A DNA stretch of 64,000 nt, from positions 44,799,223-44,863,222 of the forward strand of contig NC_092391.1 in the NCBI RefSeq assembly GCF_030028105.1, written 5' to 3'. The notes under the pieces were generated by a model. The model worked only from the letters and a program-made list of their open reading frames with translations, did no database searches and was not told where the DNA came from. A program made the position numbers and the translations under genes. Origin of the DNA: Mobula birostris. Lineage: Eukaryota. Below, one piece after another: positions 47,790 to 60,289 of this stretch (position 1 is its first letter; each line of letters opens with the position of its first letter).

Positions 47790-49880
47790 CAAGTAGATAA
47801 TAAGGTGCAAGATCATAATGAGGTAGACGAGGCCAAAAACCCATCTTATCATACTAGGGGACTGTTTAATAGTCTTATAATAACAGTGGGGTAGATGATG
47901 TCTTTGAGCCTGGTGGTATGTGTTTTCAGGTTCTGCTTTCCCGATGCAGGAGGAGAGAAGGGAGGGGTGGCCAGGGTAGGTGGGGCTTTTGATTATGCTT
48001 GGTGATTTACCAAGGCTGCGAGAAGTTTGGATGGAGTCTATCGAGGGGATGTGCTGAGCTGTGTCCACAATCCTACAATTTCCTGTGGGCAGAGCAGATG
48101 CCATACCAAGCTGTGTTGCATCCAGATGAGATGGTTTATGTTGCATTGACAACAGTCGGTCAGAGTCAAAGGTGACTCAATAAATTTCTTTAGCCTCCTG
48201 AGAAACTAGAGGTGTTGGTGAGCTTCCTCAGCTGTGACCTCAGTGTGGTTGGACCAGGACCTATTGGTGATGTTCACACCTAGGAGCTTGAAGCCCTCAA
48301 CCTCAGCACCATTGATGTAGACAGGAGCATGTGCACCAACCGCTTCTTGAAGTCAATGACCAACTCTTGCTGACATTAAGGGAAAGGTTGTTGTTATGAC
48401 ACCATGTTACTAAGCTCTCTGTCGCCTTCCTGTACTCTGGCTTATCTTTACTATGATGATATTATCTGCAAACATGGAGCTGGGGTTAGAATAGAATCTG
48501 GCCACGCGGTCATGAGTGTAGAGGGAGTAGAGTAGAAGGGGGAGGACACAACCTTGTGTGGTTGAGAATGATCCAGTGTTGAGAATGATCGTGGCAGAGG
48601 TGTTGCAGCCTATATAACACTTTGGTAATGCTGGGCATTACAACGTCTGGGCGACAGCTCCAACCACCTTCCTTATTACCATGAAACATCCGTGGGTTAA
48701 TGCTAGAGCATGCTGGGAATAATCAGCAGGTCAGGCAGCATCTGCAGAGAGAGAAACAGAATGGCGACCCTCAGTGCTGCAGAAGAAGCCAGCTTAGAAT
48801 CAGAATCAGGTTTAATATCACTGGCATATTTTGTACATTGCGATACACAATAAAAGTAAAAAAAACTATAAATTTGGATAAGAAATATATTTATATAAGT
48901 TTAACTAATTAGTTTAAAAAGAGAGCAAAAAAAATAGTGAGGTAGTGTACATGGGTTCATTGTCCATTCAGAAATCCGATGGTGAGGGGAGGAGCTGTTG
49001 CTAAAATGTTGAATGTGTGTCTTCAGGCTCACGTACCTCCTCTCTCATGGTACCAATGAGAAGAGGGCATGTCCTGGGTGATGAAGGTCCCCAGTGACTG
49101 ATGCCATCTTTCAGAGGCATTGTCGTTTGAAGGTGTCCTCGATGCTGGGGAGGCTGGTGCCCACGATGGAGCCGGCTGAGTTTGTGACTTTCTGCAGCTC
49201 TCTCTGACCCTGCGCAGTGGCCCCTCCGTACCAGACGGTGATGCGGCCAGTTAGAATGCTCTCCACAGTACATCTGCAGAAATTTATGAGAGTCTTTGGT
49301 GACGTACCACGTCCCCTCAAACTCTTAACGAGTATAGTCATTGTCGTGCTTTGTCTTGTGATTGCATAATTATATTGAGCCCAGGATAGATCTTTTCAGA
49401 TGTTGATACTATGAAAACTGCTCACCCTTTCCTCTGCTGATCCCTCAATGATGTCTGGAGTGTGTTCCCTCAGCTTCCCCCTCCCTGAAGTCCACAATCA
49501 ACTCCTTGGTCCTACTGATGTTGAATGTTGTTTCAACACCACTCAACCAGCTGATCTGCCTCACTCCTGTATGCCTCCTGGTCACACATTCTGCCAACAG
49601 TGGTTGAGTCATCAGCAAATTTATGGATCTGCTGTTTGAGCTGTGCCCAGCCACGCAGTCCGGTGGGGGGGGAGGTGGGGAAGAGAGAGTAGAGCAGCAG
49701 GCGAGGCACGTGTCCTTGAAGTGCGCCACTGTTTGATGGTCAGTGAGGGGATGTTATTTCTGATCTGCGCGGACTGTGGTCTCCCGTTGAGTAGGTCGAG
49801 GATCCAGATGTGGAGGGAGGTACAGAGGCTCAGGTTTTGGAGCTTGTTGATGGGTAGTGAGGGTGTGATGCTGTAATCAA
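47790..49880 (-). mobile_element. Several degenerate Rex1/Babar fragments in SAPCD2 intron 1
   Basis: CTVESILTGRITVWYG, SRTKELIVDFR and LLFIDYS remnants; agaatcagaatcaggtttaat tail at about 48795. Confidence 0.8.
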
Positions 49881-50247
49881 TAAACAGCAGCTGGATGTAG
49901 GTAGTGTTTAGTTTTGAATTGTGTGGGAATGGGGTGAGGGGGTGCGGGAAGGCATTGTATAGGGCCACAGGGGTATTTCTGACAGCGTAAGGCCAGGGTT
50001 GCAGTGGGGATAAATTGCAGAGATTATTTTTTGCATAGCTTTGCCTGCATTTTAGCACTAATTGTTGTTTCTTCTATGGTTTCTTTCTCTTCTTCGACCC
50101 CGCAGTGTTGCTGTGGCCTGTGTTAGTTAATGAGAGTCTAGGGTTGGTCCCACCCCGTGACCATTGCCCCGTGCCCCAGGGTGTGAAGGGGTGGGGTGGT
50201 GGGTCAGTGACCTCGCCCTGTCTGTGAGCTGTGGGAATGTTTTGCAG

Positions 50248-50550
50248 AGTGGAAGAGGAACGTCGGAAGGGGCAGCGCGGAGCAGCTTTGCCCCAGGTCG
50301 GCTGGGCAGGTCCCGATGATCGCCAGACCTGGGTCTGATCACTGCGACGGTCACGGGGAGAAGCAGAAAACCCCCCTGGGGGTGAGGTCCATGAACGTTC
50401 CCGAGGGCTGCGTGGGCCAGGAGCTGGGGCGACACTGGGCCCCAGTGGGCGAGAAGGAGCAGCGGGCAGAGCAGAGGGAGGCGAGGTCGGCGCTGTGGCG
50501 GGACGCCTCTGAGCAGAGAGCGCTGGAGGAGCAGAGGCGCCTGAAGGCAG
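50248..50550 (+). CDS. SAPCD2: SAPCD2 probable coding exon 2 (303 nt, phase 1-1)
   Basis: ttttgcag|AG...GCAG|gtgaga. Open in the frame joining exon 1 to exon 3, but the sequence is poorly conserved. Confidence 0.75.
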
Positions 50551-51397
50551 GTGAGACGGGGGTGGGCCTGTTTATGGCAATATTAGGGAATCAGTACAAC
50601 AGCTTGCCCCAGGCCATCTGTACCATCCAACCCTCCTCTCTCCCCCGCCCCCCCGTTCTCCCCCTTCCCCTGTTTCTGTTGTCTTCTCCCCTGCTCCGGG
50701 ATTGAACATTCCTGCTGACTTGTGCAAATTTCAATCAAGAACTGGCACAACTTCCTGGCTGCTTTACTTTCTGCAGTCTTCCCTGCAGCTCAGCTGTCTC
50801 TTGCAGAAGCTGCTTAGCAGGTGTTTGCTGGAACATGTTGTGGGCGGGGAGGAGGGGAGGAGGGACCGAGGGAGGTGAGCACGGGTTGGGGATGGTGGCA
50901 GCTGGAGTGTCGGTACTTCTGTAAATGACAAGCATCGACAAGAACTGTCGCCACAAACCCACGGATCATATCTCCCCACCCACCCCTCCCTGTGGATCTA
51001 GTCTCCAACGGGACTCCCCTGTACCCATGTCTCCGTTGAAGTTTGCTTGTGACGGGACGTTCTCTGAACCCCTTGTCCCCTCCTCTCCCTGAATGGGGAT
51101 CTGTTTGGAGTTCACAGCAGGAGGGGATCTACCCTTCCTCCACATCCCCCGTCCCTTCCAACCCTCCGACACTCGGGGTGTGAGGGGAGACACTGGACGA
51201 TAGAAGCAAGAGAAAGCCCCACCGACCAGTTAGTTCCGTCTGCTACGTCGAGGGCCTGTGTGGCTCAGACGTCAGCCCCCTGGCGTGTTCAGTGAGGTGG
51301 GAGCGCTGTCCGACACCGTAATCCCTAACCCCAGATTGTATAGCTCGCGGCTACTGCTACCCAGGTTGAACCTCGTTGTCGCTCTTCCCTCCTGCAG

Positions 51398-51525
51398 ACA
51401 GGAAGCACATGAACCGCTACCAGAGCGAGGCTGCCTGCAGTGGAATAGCTTATAGTCGGCGTCTGGGGCGTGAGCGCGGCGAGACACGGCGTCACACCAT
51501 CACCAGTGGAACAGACTATGGTGCA
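51398..51525 (+). CDS. SAPCD2: SAPCD2 coding exon 3: ...RGETRRHTITSGTDYGA
   Basis: cctgcag|AC...GCA|gtgagt. Conserved RRHTI.SG.D motif. Confidence 0.92.
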
Positions 51526-51532
51526 GTGAGTT

Positions 51533-52485
51533 ACAATATTAATGATCTAGCGGACAGAATTGATGGCTGTGTGGCCAGGTTAAACCTGATTCTGAGGTTC
51601 GCGGACGATACAAGGATGGGTGGAGGAGCAGAAAGTGTTGAGGAGGCAGGGAATCTACAGAACTCAGACAGATTAGGAGAACGGGCAAAGAAGTGGCAGG
51701 TGGAATTCAGTGTAGGGAAGTGTATGGTCATGCACTTGGGTAGAAGGAATAGAGGCACAGACTATTTCATAAGCAGGGATGAAATCAGAAAATAAAGGTA
51801 CTTGCGAGTCCTCCTGCAGGATTCCCCAACAGTTAACTTGCAGGTTTAAAGTAAACAATAAAGTAAAGTTTTGTCAGTAGTCAGGAAGACAAATGTAATA
51901 TTCATTTGGAGAGGACTACAATATAAAAACATGGGGTGTGATACTGAGGTTTTATACGGCACGAGTCAGACAACGTTTTGAGTAACTGAGTAGAGTTGGG
52001 CCCCATATCCAAGAAAGAATGTGCTGGCTTTGGAATGGGACCAGAGAAGGTTTACAGGAATGGTCCTGGGAGTGAAAGGGTTAACGTACGTGGAGCTTTT
52101 TGTTCTGGGCTCCTACCCACTGGAGCTTAGAAAAGTGAGGGGATTTCATTGAAACCTACTGAATATTGGAAGGCCTAGATAGAGTGGACGTGGAGTCCAG
52201 GACCAGAGGGCACAGTCTCAGAAAAGAGGAACGTCCCCTTCAGAATACTGACAGGGAATTTCTTTAGAGGGCACTGAATCTGTGGAATTCATCGCCAGAG
52301 ACAGCTGTGGAGGCCAAGTCATTGAGTATATTTGAAGAGATTGATAGGTTCTTGATTAGTAATGGTGTCAAAGGTTGTGGGGAGAAGGCAGGAGAATGGG
52401 GTTGAGAGGGATAATAAGTCAGCCATGATGGAATGGCAGAGTAGAGTCAATGGGTTGAATGGCCTAATTCTGCTCCTATGTCTTG
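51533..52485 (+). mobile_element. CR1 LINE fragment starting within a few nt of the SAPCD2 exon 3 donor
   Basis: INDL...RFADDTRMGG...KKWQVEFSVGKCMVMHLG. Same family as 1-1462, ending aatggcctaattctgctcctatgtctt. Confidence 0.88.
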
Positions 52486-54939
52486 TAGAGTTGTTATGTT
52501 GGGGTGGGATGGGGCACGCACTGACGAGGGGTGTTGGTGAGCACTCGAGTGAGAGGGCAGTAGCGAGGAGGAGGGGTTCAATGGTCTGTGGGTGTGGGAA
52601 GGGGCTGTCATACAGTGGGCGTGTTGGGGGGGGGAAGAAACATCTTAAGGTTTGCTCAGGCCTTCCTGAGTTTATTTGTCACGAGCCAATGTACAGTGAA
52701 AATGTTTGTGCTTGCTGTCCATACAGATCATCAGTGCAATGAGAACAGTAACAGAACGCGCGTAAAGGGTTACAGAGAGAGCCGTCCAGGTAGACAGTAA
52801 GGTGCAGACGTAGGATTGTGAGGTGCTACGATTCGCTGACAGGTTCGCGGCTCTGTCCCTGTACCCTCTGTCACCTCGAACCATCTGTGATCAGGGATCC
52901 TAGCTGGGCTCAGGCGCTCTTTGCCATTGTGTGGTCTCGAGCGGATTTTCAGCAGAGCGGAGCAGAGTGGTATTTGGGAAGTGGGAGCAGTGGAGATAAA
53001 TCATTAGACTTCTCACCCGGTGGCCGAGACGGACAGACTGGTGTCCCATGTAGCAGCTGTGGAAGCTAAACTTGGAACTGATTTATCTATTGACACACAG
53101 CGAGGAATAGGCCCTTGCAGCTCTTCAGGCTGTGCTGCCTAGCAACCCCGGATTTAATCCTGGCCTAAATATGGGACAATTTACAATGACTGGTTAACCT
53201 ACCAACCGGTACGTCTTTGGATTGTGGGAGGAAACAGGAGCACCCGGAGGAAACCCACGCAGAGACGGGTAGTGGTGAGAATTGAACCCAGGTCGCTGGG
53301 ACTGTAAAGCGTTGTGCTAACCGCTACACCACCGTGCCCCCCTCCACTCCAGTTGTTGGTTTGGTGACTAAGCCTCGAACACAGTGGTTCATTGGGGTGG
53401 GGGGAAGAAATCTAGCTGGGCAGTTTATTCCAGGAGGAAGTCCTGCCTCTCACGATGACTAAACGTGGTCAGAGGGTGTGACAGCAGGTGAGACAGGTAC
53501 AGAGGAACGGATGATACAGTTAGTGGAGAGAGAGACTGGTAGGCATTGTTCTCCTGAGGCCCAAGGTTGAATTACCTGCCCAGTGCCGGGGTTAAAGGCA
53601 TCCCTTTGGGGCAGGAGAGGGGGTCAGAGTGGGGAAAGAAGATCTGATTGTTGGAGTAAAGGAGGTTCTGCTGAGGATAATGAGCTGGTCTCAAATTAAT
53701 AAAGCAGGACCCCAAAGGTAGTTGGTTCTAGATTGCTCCTCGAGCCACTTGCGGATTGACAGAGGGTGAACGAGATCAGCTGAATGCTTGGCCCATGATT
53801 AGGTGTGGGAAGAGTAGCTTTTATTTCACAGGGCTCTGGCAGAAATGCCAGGGCAGGAGGGATCCGAAAAATCAGGCTGAGACGAGGGCCCTAGTGTTTT
53901 GAATGACTAGGACTATAGACATGACTTTATATGCAGAGGGAGGAGGTGGGGTCGTTCGGCTCGGGGGAAGACAGGAAAGCTGAACAAAGAGGAGGGGTGA
54001 CAGTGCAGGCTGGTGGAAAGTTTAATGGTTATCAGGATGGAATGGAGGTAAGGAGGCAGGTCAGGGAAAAGTGAAGGAAAGGACAAAGCAAAAAGGTTGA
54101 GTGGGCATGGAAACCCAGATGAGTTGCTGGCAGAACTGGAATAAATGGGTATGTCTGACGACTGGAATGGTAACGTGGTTGGCATGATCATAGCTGGGAA
54201 CAGAATAGCCCAGGATGTTTGGTATTCGGAAAGGAGAGGCTCTGCTAATGGAGGATGAGACCAACGCTGTGGCGCAATTTGATCTGGGCAGCTGGTGGAG
54301 GAGGTGAGAAAGAACTTGGGCGAGTGGTCATTAAGACCCTAACAATGGCTTCACTGAAAGATTGGGAAATAATGCAAGAAAGGTTCTGCAATAATCACAG
54401 AAAACTGTAGTCTTTGTTTTAATTCAAATTGGTAAGTATGTCCACAGAGTACCTTCGAACAGTATGTTGTGGCAGAAACCAGGCAAGTCTATTTTAGCTC
54501 AGGTTATGTGCGATAAGGCAGAATTAACTAACGATCTTAAAGTAATGTATTTTCTGGGGAAGTGTGAACTTAAAGTGATAACCTTCAAAACAAAGATGAA
54601 AATTGTGAGAATGAGCTGGCGAGAAGTGTTTTTTTTTAAGAAAGAGGATTAGTTTCTGAGGTAAACTTGCTGATGTTCATGTCCAAGTCTGATCTCGGTT
54701 CAGTCTGTGCTGGCTGCCATGCACACGGTCAGAATAAACCCACTATATTCTCCCCACGTTCCCATCACCGGCCCCCAGAACGCGCCCCTCACCTACACAG
54801 GGCCAATTTCTATTGATGGACAAACCTAGCAGCCTGCACACCTTTGCAACATGGGAGGAGGCTGGAGTACCCAGAGGAGAACCGCACCATGGGTGTGATA
54901 GCTCCGCTCTCTCAATGTTGCCGCACGAGTTTATAGGGT

Positions 54940-55365
54940 GATTTAAGAGGGCATACGGCGGGTTGCATTCGAGAACCGTGAGGTAATGTTGCAGCTCTAT
55001 AAAACTGCGGTTGGACCACGCTTGGAGTATTGTTCCCGGTTCTGGTCGCCTCATTATAGGAAGGATGTGGGAGCTTCAGAAGGGGTGCAGAGCAGATTTA
55101 CCAGGATGCTGTCTGGATTAGAGAGCGTGTCTTATGAGGAAAAGTGAGTGAGCTGGGGCTTTTCTCTATGGAATGAAGCAGGATGTAACTCGATAGAGGT
55201 GTATGAGAGGCAAAGACAGGGTGGAAACAGAGGCTTTTTACTGGGGCAGAAGTTACCAACATGAGGGGGCATAATTTTAATGTGATTGGAGGAACGTATC
55301 GGGGGGATGTCAGAGACAGGCTTTCTACACAGAGAGTGATGGGTGTGTGGAACATGCTGCCAGGG
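54940..55365 (+). mobile_element. CR1 LINE 3' fragment
   Basis: ctggtcgcctcattataggaaggatgtgg...TQRVMGVWNMLP. Confidence 0.75.
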
Positions 55366-56029
55366 GAGCAGACGGTAGATTTGAACCTGGGTCACTGGAG
55401 CAATGTCTGCAGTGACTGCACCTCAGTACCACTCCGGGACCTCGGGTGAAGGGAGTCTGATGAAGATAACAGGTTGGGGAAGACACAGTGAATGGGATAT
55501 CTGTAGGTGAAGCACGGTAAAAGATGGCAGATGGAGGACGATGGGGGAAATGTGATGGGGAGAACAGAGCGGCAGCAGGTAGATTGATAGCGAGAGGAGA
55601 TTGCGGACCGCTGCAGTACAGATCTTCACGTCTGAAGCACAGAACTGATCATGCAGTTATGTGATTAACTAGGCAGGCAATATCAATTTCAGGCAGTATT
55701 GCCAAAGGCTGGAATGTAACAGCAGGGAAGTTGGGCTACAGGATGTTCCTGAGAGCAGACATGCAGTATTGCGATTTGGTTCCTATGACCAAGCAGGTAG
55801 TATTGTGATGAGCTTTGCCCTCCATCTTCACCTGCGATGGAGCGGCTCTGAGGGGTTTAGTTAGATGGTTCCTGGGTTGAAAGGATCCTCTTGTGGGGAG
55901 AGTTTGAATAGGCTGGGCCCAGATCAGTGGCGTTTAGAAGGGGCAGGAGACGTTGTTTCATTTAAGATGGCAATTGCGAGAAACTTTGAGTGTTGGGGAT
56001 CACTGGAATCTCTAACTGGGAGAGCTCGG

Positions 56030-56546
56030 ACACAGTCAGTAGCCACTCTAGCTACTTTCTTTACGTAATAAATTGGACACTTGAGTGTATGTCCATAGTC
56101 TACTGTAGCCCATCCACTTCAAAATTTGACATGTGCGATCAGAAATCCTTTCCTGCACACCACCGTTGTAACTTGTGATTGTCTGAGTTACTGTCACCTT
56201 CCTGTCAGCTTGAATCAGTCTAGCCATTCTCTTCTGACCGCTTTCATTAACAATATGTTTTCGCCCACAGAACAGGGTGTTTTTTTGTTTTTCACACCAT
56301 TCTCTGTAAACTCTAGAGGCTGCTGTGTGTGAAACTCACAGGAGATCAGTATTTTCTGAAATACTCAAACCACCCGGTCTGGCACCAGCAATCATTCCAT
56401 GGTCAGTCACTTGGATCACTTCTTCCCCCTGCTGATGTTTGGTTTGAATAACAACTGAACCTCTTGACTATGTCTGCATGCTTTTATGCATTAAGTTGCT
56501 GCTATATAATTGGCTGATGAGATATTTGCATTAATGAGCAGGTGTA
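56030..56546. mobile_element. Degenerate Tc1-derived element
   Basis: cagtcagtagccact...taataaattggacacttgagtg TIR-like remnant, plus internal ttctgaaatactcaaaccacccggtctggcacc typical of fish Tc1 relics (from memory). Confidence 0.5.
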
Positions 56547-56789
56547 TATTCGAAGTCCAGATACTAGGTCAGGAGGAAGGTCAGTGGGGCATAGGCAACA
56601 CCATACCAGATATGACCTGATGTTACTAAGTGGAGCTGAGCCAAGGAGATGCATGTCCAGCTCCTGCTCCTGTTTCTTGGACATGTTTCTTTTGCAGTTG
56701 TGTAGCTTGTGGTGTGATTCTGGGTACCGTCTCTGTTCTGTACTCGGGCTGGTCAGTGACGGGTTTGTTGTGGGTTTCCCAGTCTGAAC

Positions 56790-57346
56790 TGTCATTGGCA
56801 GGTTTCTGATAGAGTCTCTGTTCTGTGTTGTAATTGGCTTGTCCGTGACAGGGGTTCTGGTCTCTGCTATGATTGTCTGTTGATCGGGGCCCTGGTCTAT
56901 GTAATAATTGGCTGGTCTGTGACGGCCCTGGTCTGTGTTGTAATTGGTTTGTCTAAGACAAGGGCCCTGGTCTGTGTAATAATTGGCTGGTTTGTATCAG
57001 GGGCCCTGGTCTGTGTTGTAATTGGCCAGTATGTGACGGGGGCCCTGGTCTGTGTTGTAATTGGCCAGTATGTCACAGGGGCCCTGATCTGTGTTGTAAT
57101 TGGCCAGTATGTGACGGGGACCCTGGTCTGTGTTGTAATTGGTCAGTATGTGACAGGGGCCCTGGTCTGTGTTGTAATTGGCTAGTATGTGACAGAGGCC
57201 CTGGTCTGTGTTGTAATTGGCTAGTATGTGACAGGGGCCCTGGTCTGTGCTGTAATTGGCTAGTATGTGACAGGGGCCCTGGTCTGTGCTGTAATTGGCT
57301 TGTCAGTGACAGGGGCCCTGGTCTGTGCTGTAATTGGCCGATCTGT
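56790..57346. repeat. 39-bp minisatellite, left half (ggggccctggtctgtgttgtaattggccagtatgtgaca)
   Basis: Period 39 (gccctggtc at 57003, 57042...), which explains the 13-aa repeat ORFs. Confidence 0.92.
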
Positions 57347-57348
57347 TG

Positions 57349-59430
57349 ATACTTTATACTTTATTGTCGCCAAACAGTTGGTACTAGAATGTACAGTCAT
57401 CACAGCAATATTTGATCCTGCGCTTTCCTCTCCCTGGATTACAAATATTAATTATTAAAAATAGTAAAAATTAGTAAATACTAAAAATTTAAATTATAAA
57501 TCATAAATAGAAAATAGAAAAATGGAAAGTAAGGTAGTGCAAAAAAACCGACAGGCAGGTCTGGATATTTGGAGGGTACGGCCCAGATCCGGGTCAGGAT
57601 CCGTTCAGCAGTCTTATCACAGTTGGAAAGAAGGTGTTCCCAAATCTGGCCGTATGAGTCTTCAAGCTCCTGAGCCTTCACCCGGAGGGAAGAGGGATGA
57701 AAAGTGTGTTGGCTGGGTGGGTCATGTCCTTGATTATCCTGGCAGCACTGCTCCGACAGCGTGCGGTGTAAAGTGAGTCCACGGACGGAAGATTGGTTTG
57801 TGTGATGTGCTGTGCCGTGTTCACGATCTTCTGCAGCTTCTTCCGGTCTTGGACAGGACAACTTCCATACCAGGTTGTGATGCACCCTAGAAGAATGCTT
57901 TCTACGGTGCATCTATAAAAATTAGTGAGGGTTTTAGGGGACAGACCAAAGTTCTTTAGTTTTCTCAGGAAGTAAAGGTGCTGGTGGGCCTTCTTGGCAG
58001 TGAACTCTGCTTGGTTGGACCAAGTTAGGTCATTTGTGATTTTGACCCCGAGGAACTTAAAGCTTTTGACCTGTTCCACTTGCGCACCACCGATGTAAAT
58101 TGGGTCGTGCGGTCCGCTACTCCTTCTGAAGTTAACAACTACACAATCATGGGTGTACAGTGAGTACAGCAGGGGGCTGAATATACAGTCTAGTGGGGCA
58201 CCGGTGCTCAGAGTGATTGTAGAGAAGAGCTTGTCCCCTATTTTTACAGCCTGGGTCCTGTCTGTGAGGAAGTTGAAGATCCAGCTGCAGATCTGAGTGC
58301 TGAGGCCCAGGTTCCGGAGCTTAGGAATCAGTTTATTTGGAACGATGGTATTAAAGGCAGAGCTGTGGTCAATGAAAAGGAGCCTTATGTATGCGTCTTT
58401 ATTCTCCAGATGTTCTAAGGAGGAATGTAGGGCCAGAGAGATGGCATCTGCCATTGACCTGTTGCTCCGGTAGTTGAATTGCAAAGCGTCGAGGTTGACC
58501 GGTAGGCTGTGGTTGATGTGTGCCATAACCAATCCCTCGAAGCACTTCATAGCAATTGATGTCAGAGCCACAGGTCGATAGTCATTCTGGCATGCCACCT
58601 TGCTCTTCTTCGGCACTGGGATTATCGTTGCCTTCTTAAAACACGAGGGGATCTTAGACTGAAGCAAGGAGCAGTTGAAGATGTCAGCAGACACTCCAGC
58701 TAGCTTGCTTGCACAGGCCCGGAGAACCCGTCCTGGGATGCCATCTGGGCCCGTCACCTTCCTTGGATTTATCTTCAGGAAGGCCCTTCTAACGTCCTCC
58801 TCGGTGACGATGAATCTCGATGGCACCAGGTCCGGTTCATCTGGAGGGAGCGGGACACTCCTCTTCGGTTCGAATCTTGCGTAGAATACGTTTAGTTCAT
58901 CAGGAAGAGAAGCACCGCAGTTATTGATATTCCCAGCCTTTTCTTTGCACCCAGTGATCTCATTTAGACCCTGCCATAGCCTACTGGCATCCCTCTGGTT
59001 AGCCTGGGCTTCTAACTTGGCTCGATATTGCCTCTTGGTGCCCTTAATGGCTTTCCAGAGTTCACGTCTGGAATCTGTGTAGCGACTGGTATCCCCGGAC
59101 CTAAAAGCCACAGCTCTAGCCTTCAAAAGGGACTTGACCTCATAATTCATCCAAGGTTTCTGGTTAGGGAATACCCGGATCGTCTAGCGAGACACACAGT
59201 CCTCCATGCATTTCCAAATAAAGTCCGTGACAGCTGAGGCATACTCATCGAGGTTAGCTGCTGAGTGCTTGAATACTAACCGGTCCACCGATTCAAAGCA
59301 GTCACGGACAACCTCATCCGTTTCCTCCGTCCAACGCGACACTACTTTTGACACCGTGACCTCCCGCTTCAGTTTCCGTTTGTAAGCTGGGAGGAGGAGT
59401 ACGGCCTGATGGTCCGATGGTGTCGGATCT
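57349..59430 (-). mobile_element. 5'-truncated Rex1/Babar retrotransposon inserted into the 39-bp array
   Basis: 490-aa ORF at 57678-59150 with GPDGIPGR, NDYRPVALTS and FIDHSSAFNTI. 3' tail caataaagtataaagtat. Confidence 0.93.
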
Positions 59431-59434
59431 GATC

Positions 59435-59822
59435 CTGATAGGTGTCCTGGCCTGCACTGTAATTGGCTGGACCACGACAGCGATCCTGGTCTGTGTTGTG
59501 ATTGGCTTGTTTGTTACAGGGGTCCTCTTTTGTGCTGTAATTGGTTTGCCTGTGGCAGGGGACCTGGTCTGTGCTGTAACTGGCTTGTCTGTGACTAGGG
59601 TCTTGCTCTGTGTTGTAATTGGCTTGTCTGCAAAAGGGGTCCTGATCTGTGCTGTAATTGGCCAGTCTGTGACAAGGGTCCTGGTCTGTGCTGTAATTGG
59701 TCAGCCTGTAGGTAGGTGTCCTGGTCTGTGCTGTAATTGGCTGGTTTGTGGCAGGGATTCTCATCTGTGTTTTAATTGGCTGGTCTGTGGCCGGGCTCCT
59801 GCTCTGTGCTGTAATTGGCCTC
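59435..59822. repeat. 39-bp minisatellite, right half
   Basis: Same unit (cctggtctgtgctgtaattggc), more diverged. Ends about 105 bp before the exon 4 acceptor. Confidence 0.9.
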
Positions 59823-59927
59823 TCGTATCAGTTTAGTTCCTGACCTATACTTTAATCAATCTGTCCCGGGCCTTTTGGCCCATCGCCTGATGACTGGTGT
59901 CTGTCAACCCTGTCTTTGTGTTTGCAG

Positions 59928-60074
59928 CTGAAGTGGATGAAGGAGCTGGAGCAGGAGAAAGACGCGCTGCTGCAGGGTCTGGAGATGATTGATTGCGCCC
60001 GTGACTGGTACCTCCATCACATCCAGGCCATCCAGGACCATCAGAGGAACATTAGCCAGTTGTCTGCTGGCAGT
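59928..60074 (+). CDS. SAPCD2: SAPCD2 coding exon 4: LKWMKELEQEKDALLQGLEM...RDWY...
   Basis: tttgcag|CTG...AGT|gtgagt, 147 nt. Conserved coiled-coil motif. Confidence 0.95.
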
Positions 60075-60289
60075 GTGAGTGCGAGGGGCTTCTGGCCTCT
60101 GCCTCTCTACTATTTACCCTAAAGAAACACAAACTGGTTCGAGCGATTTCCTGACACGTTGCAGAGTGGGACCTGTTTTAGTTCTTAACACCGCTGTACA
60201 AAAGTAAATGAGCAAAGAAGTTAACAAGTTTATCTGAGGCACGGATAGCATGGATAGGAGCCTTTCTCCAGTCAATTTTTAATATTATT

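Noticed and set aside
56880-59836. Hydrophobic 13-aa repeat ORFs (GALVCVVIGQYVT); CRISPR-like regular spacing
   Set aside because: Translation of a 39-bp tandem repeat. There are no unique spacers or cas genes, and the context is a eukaryotic intron.
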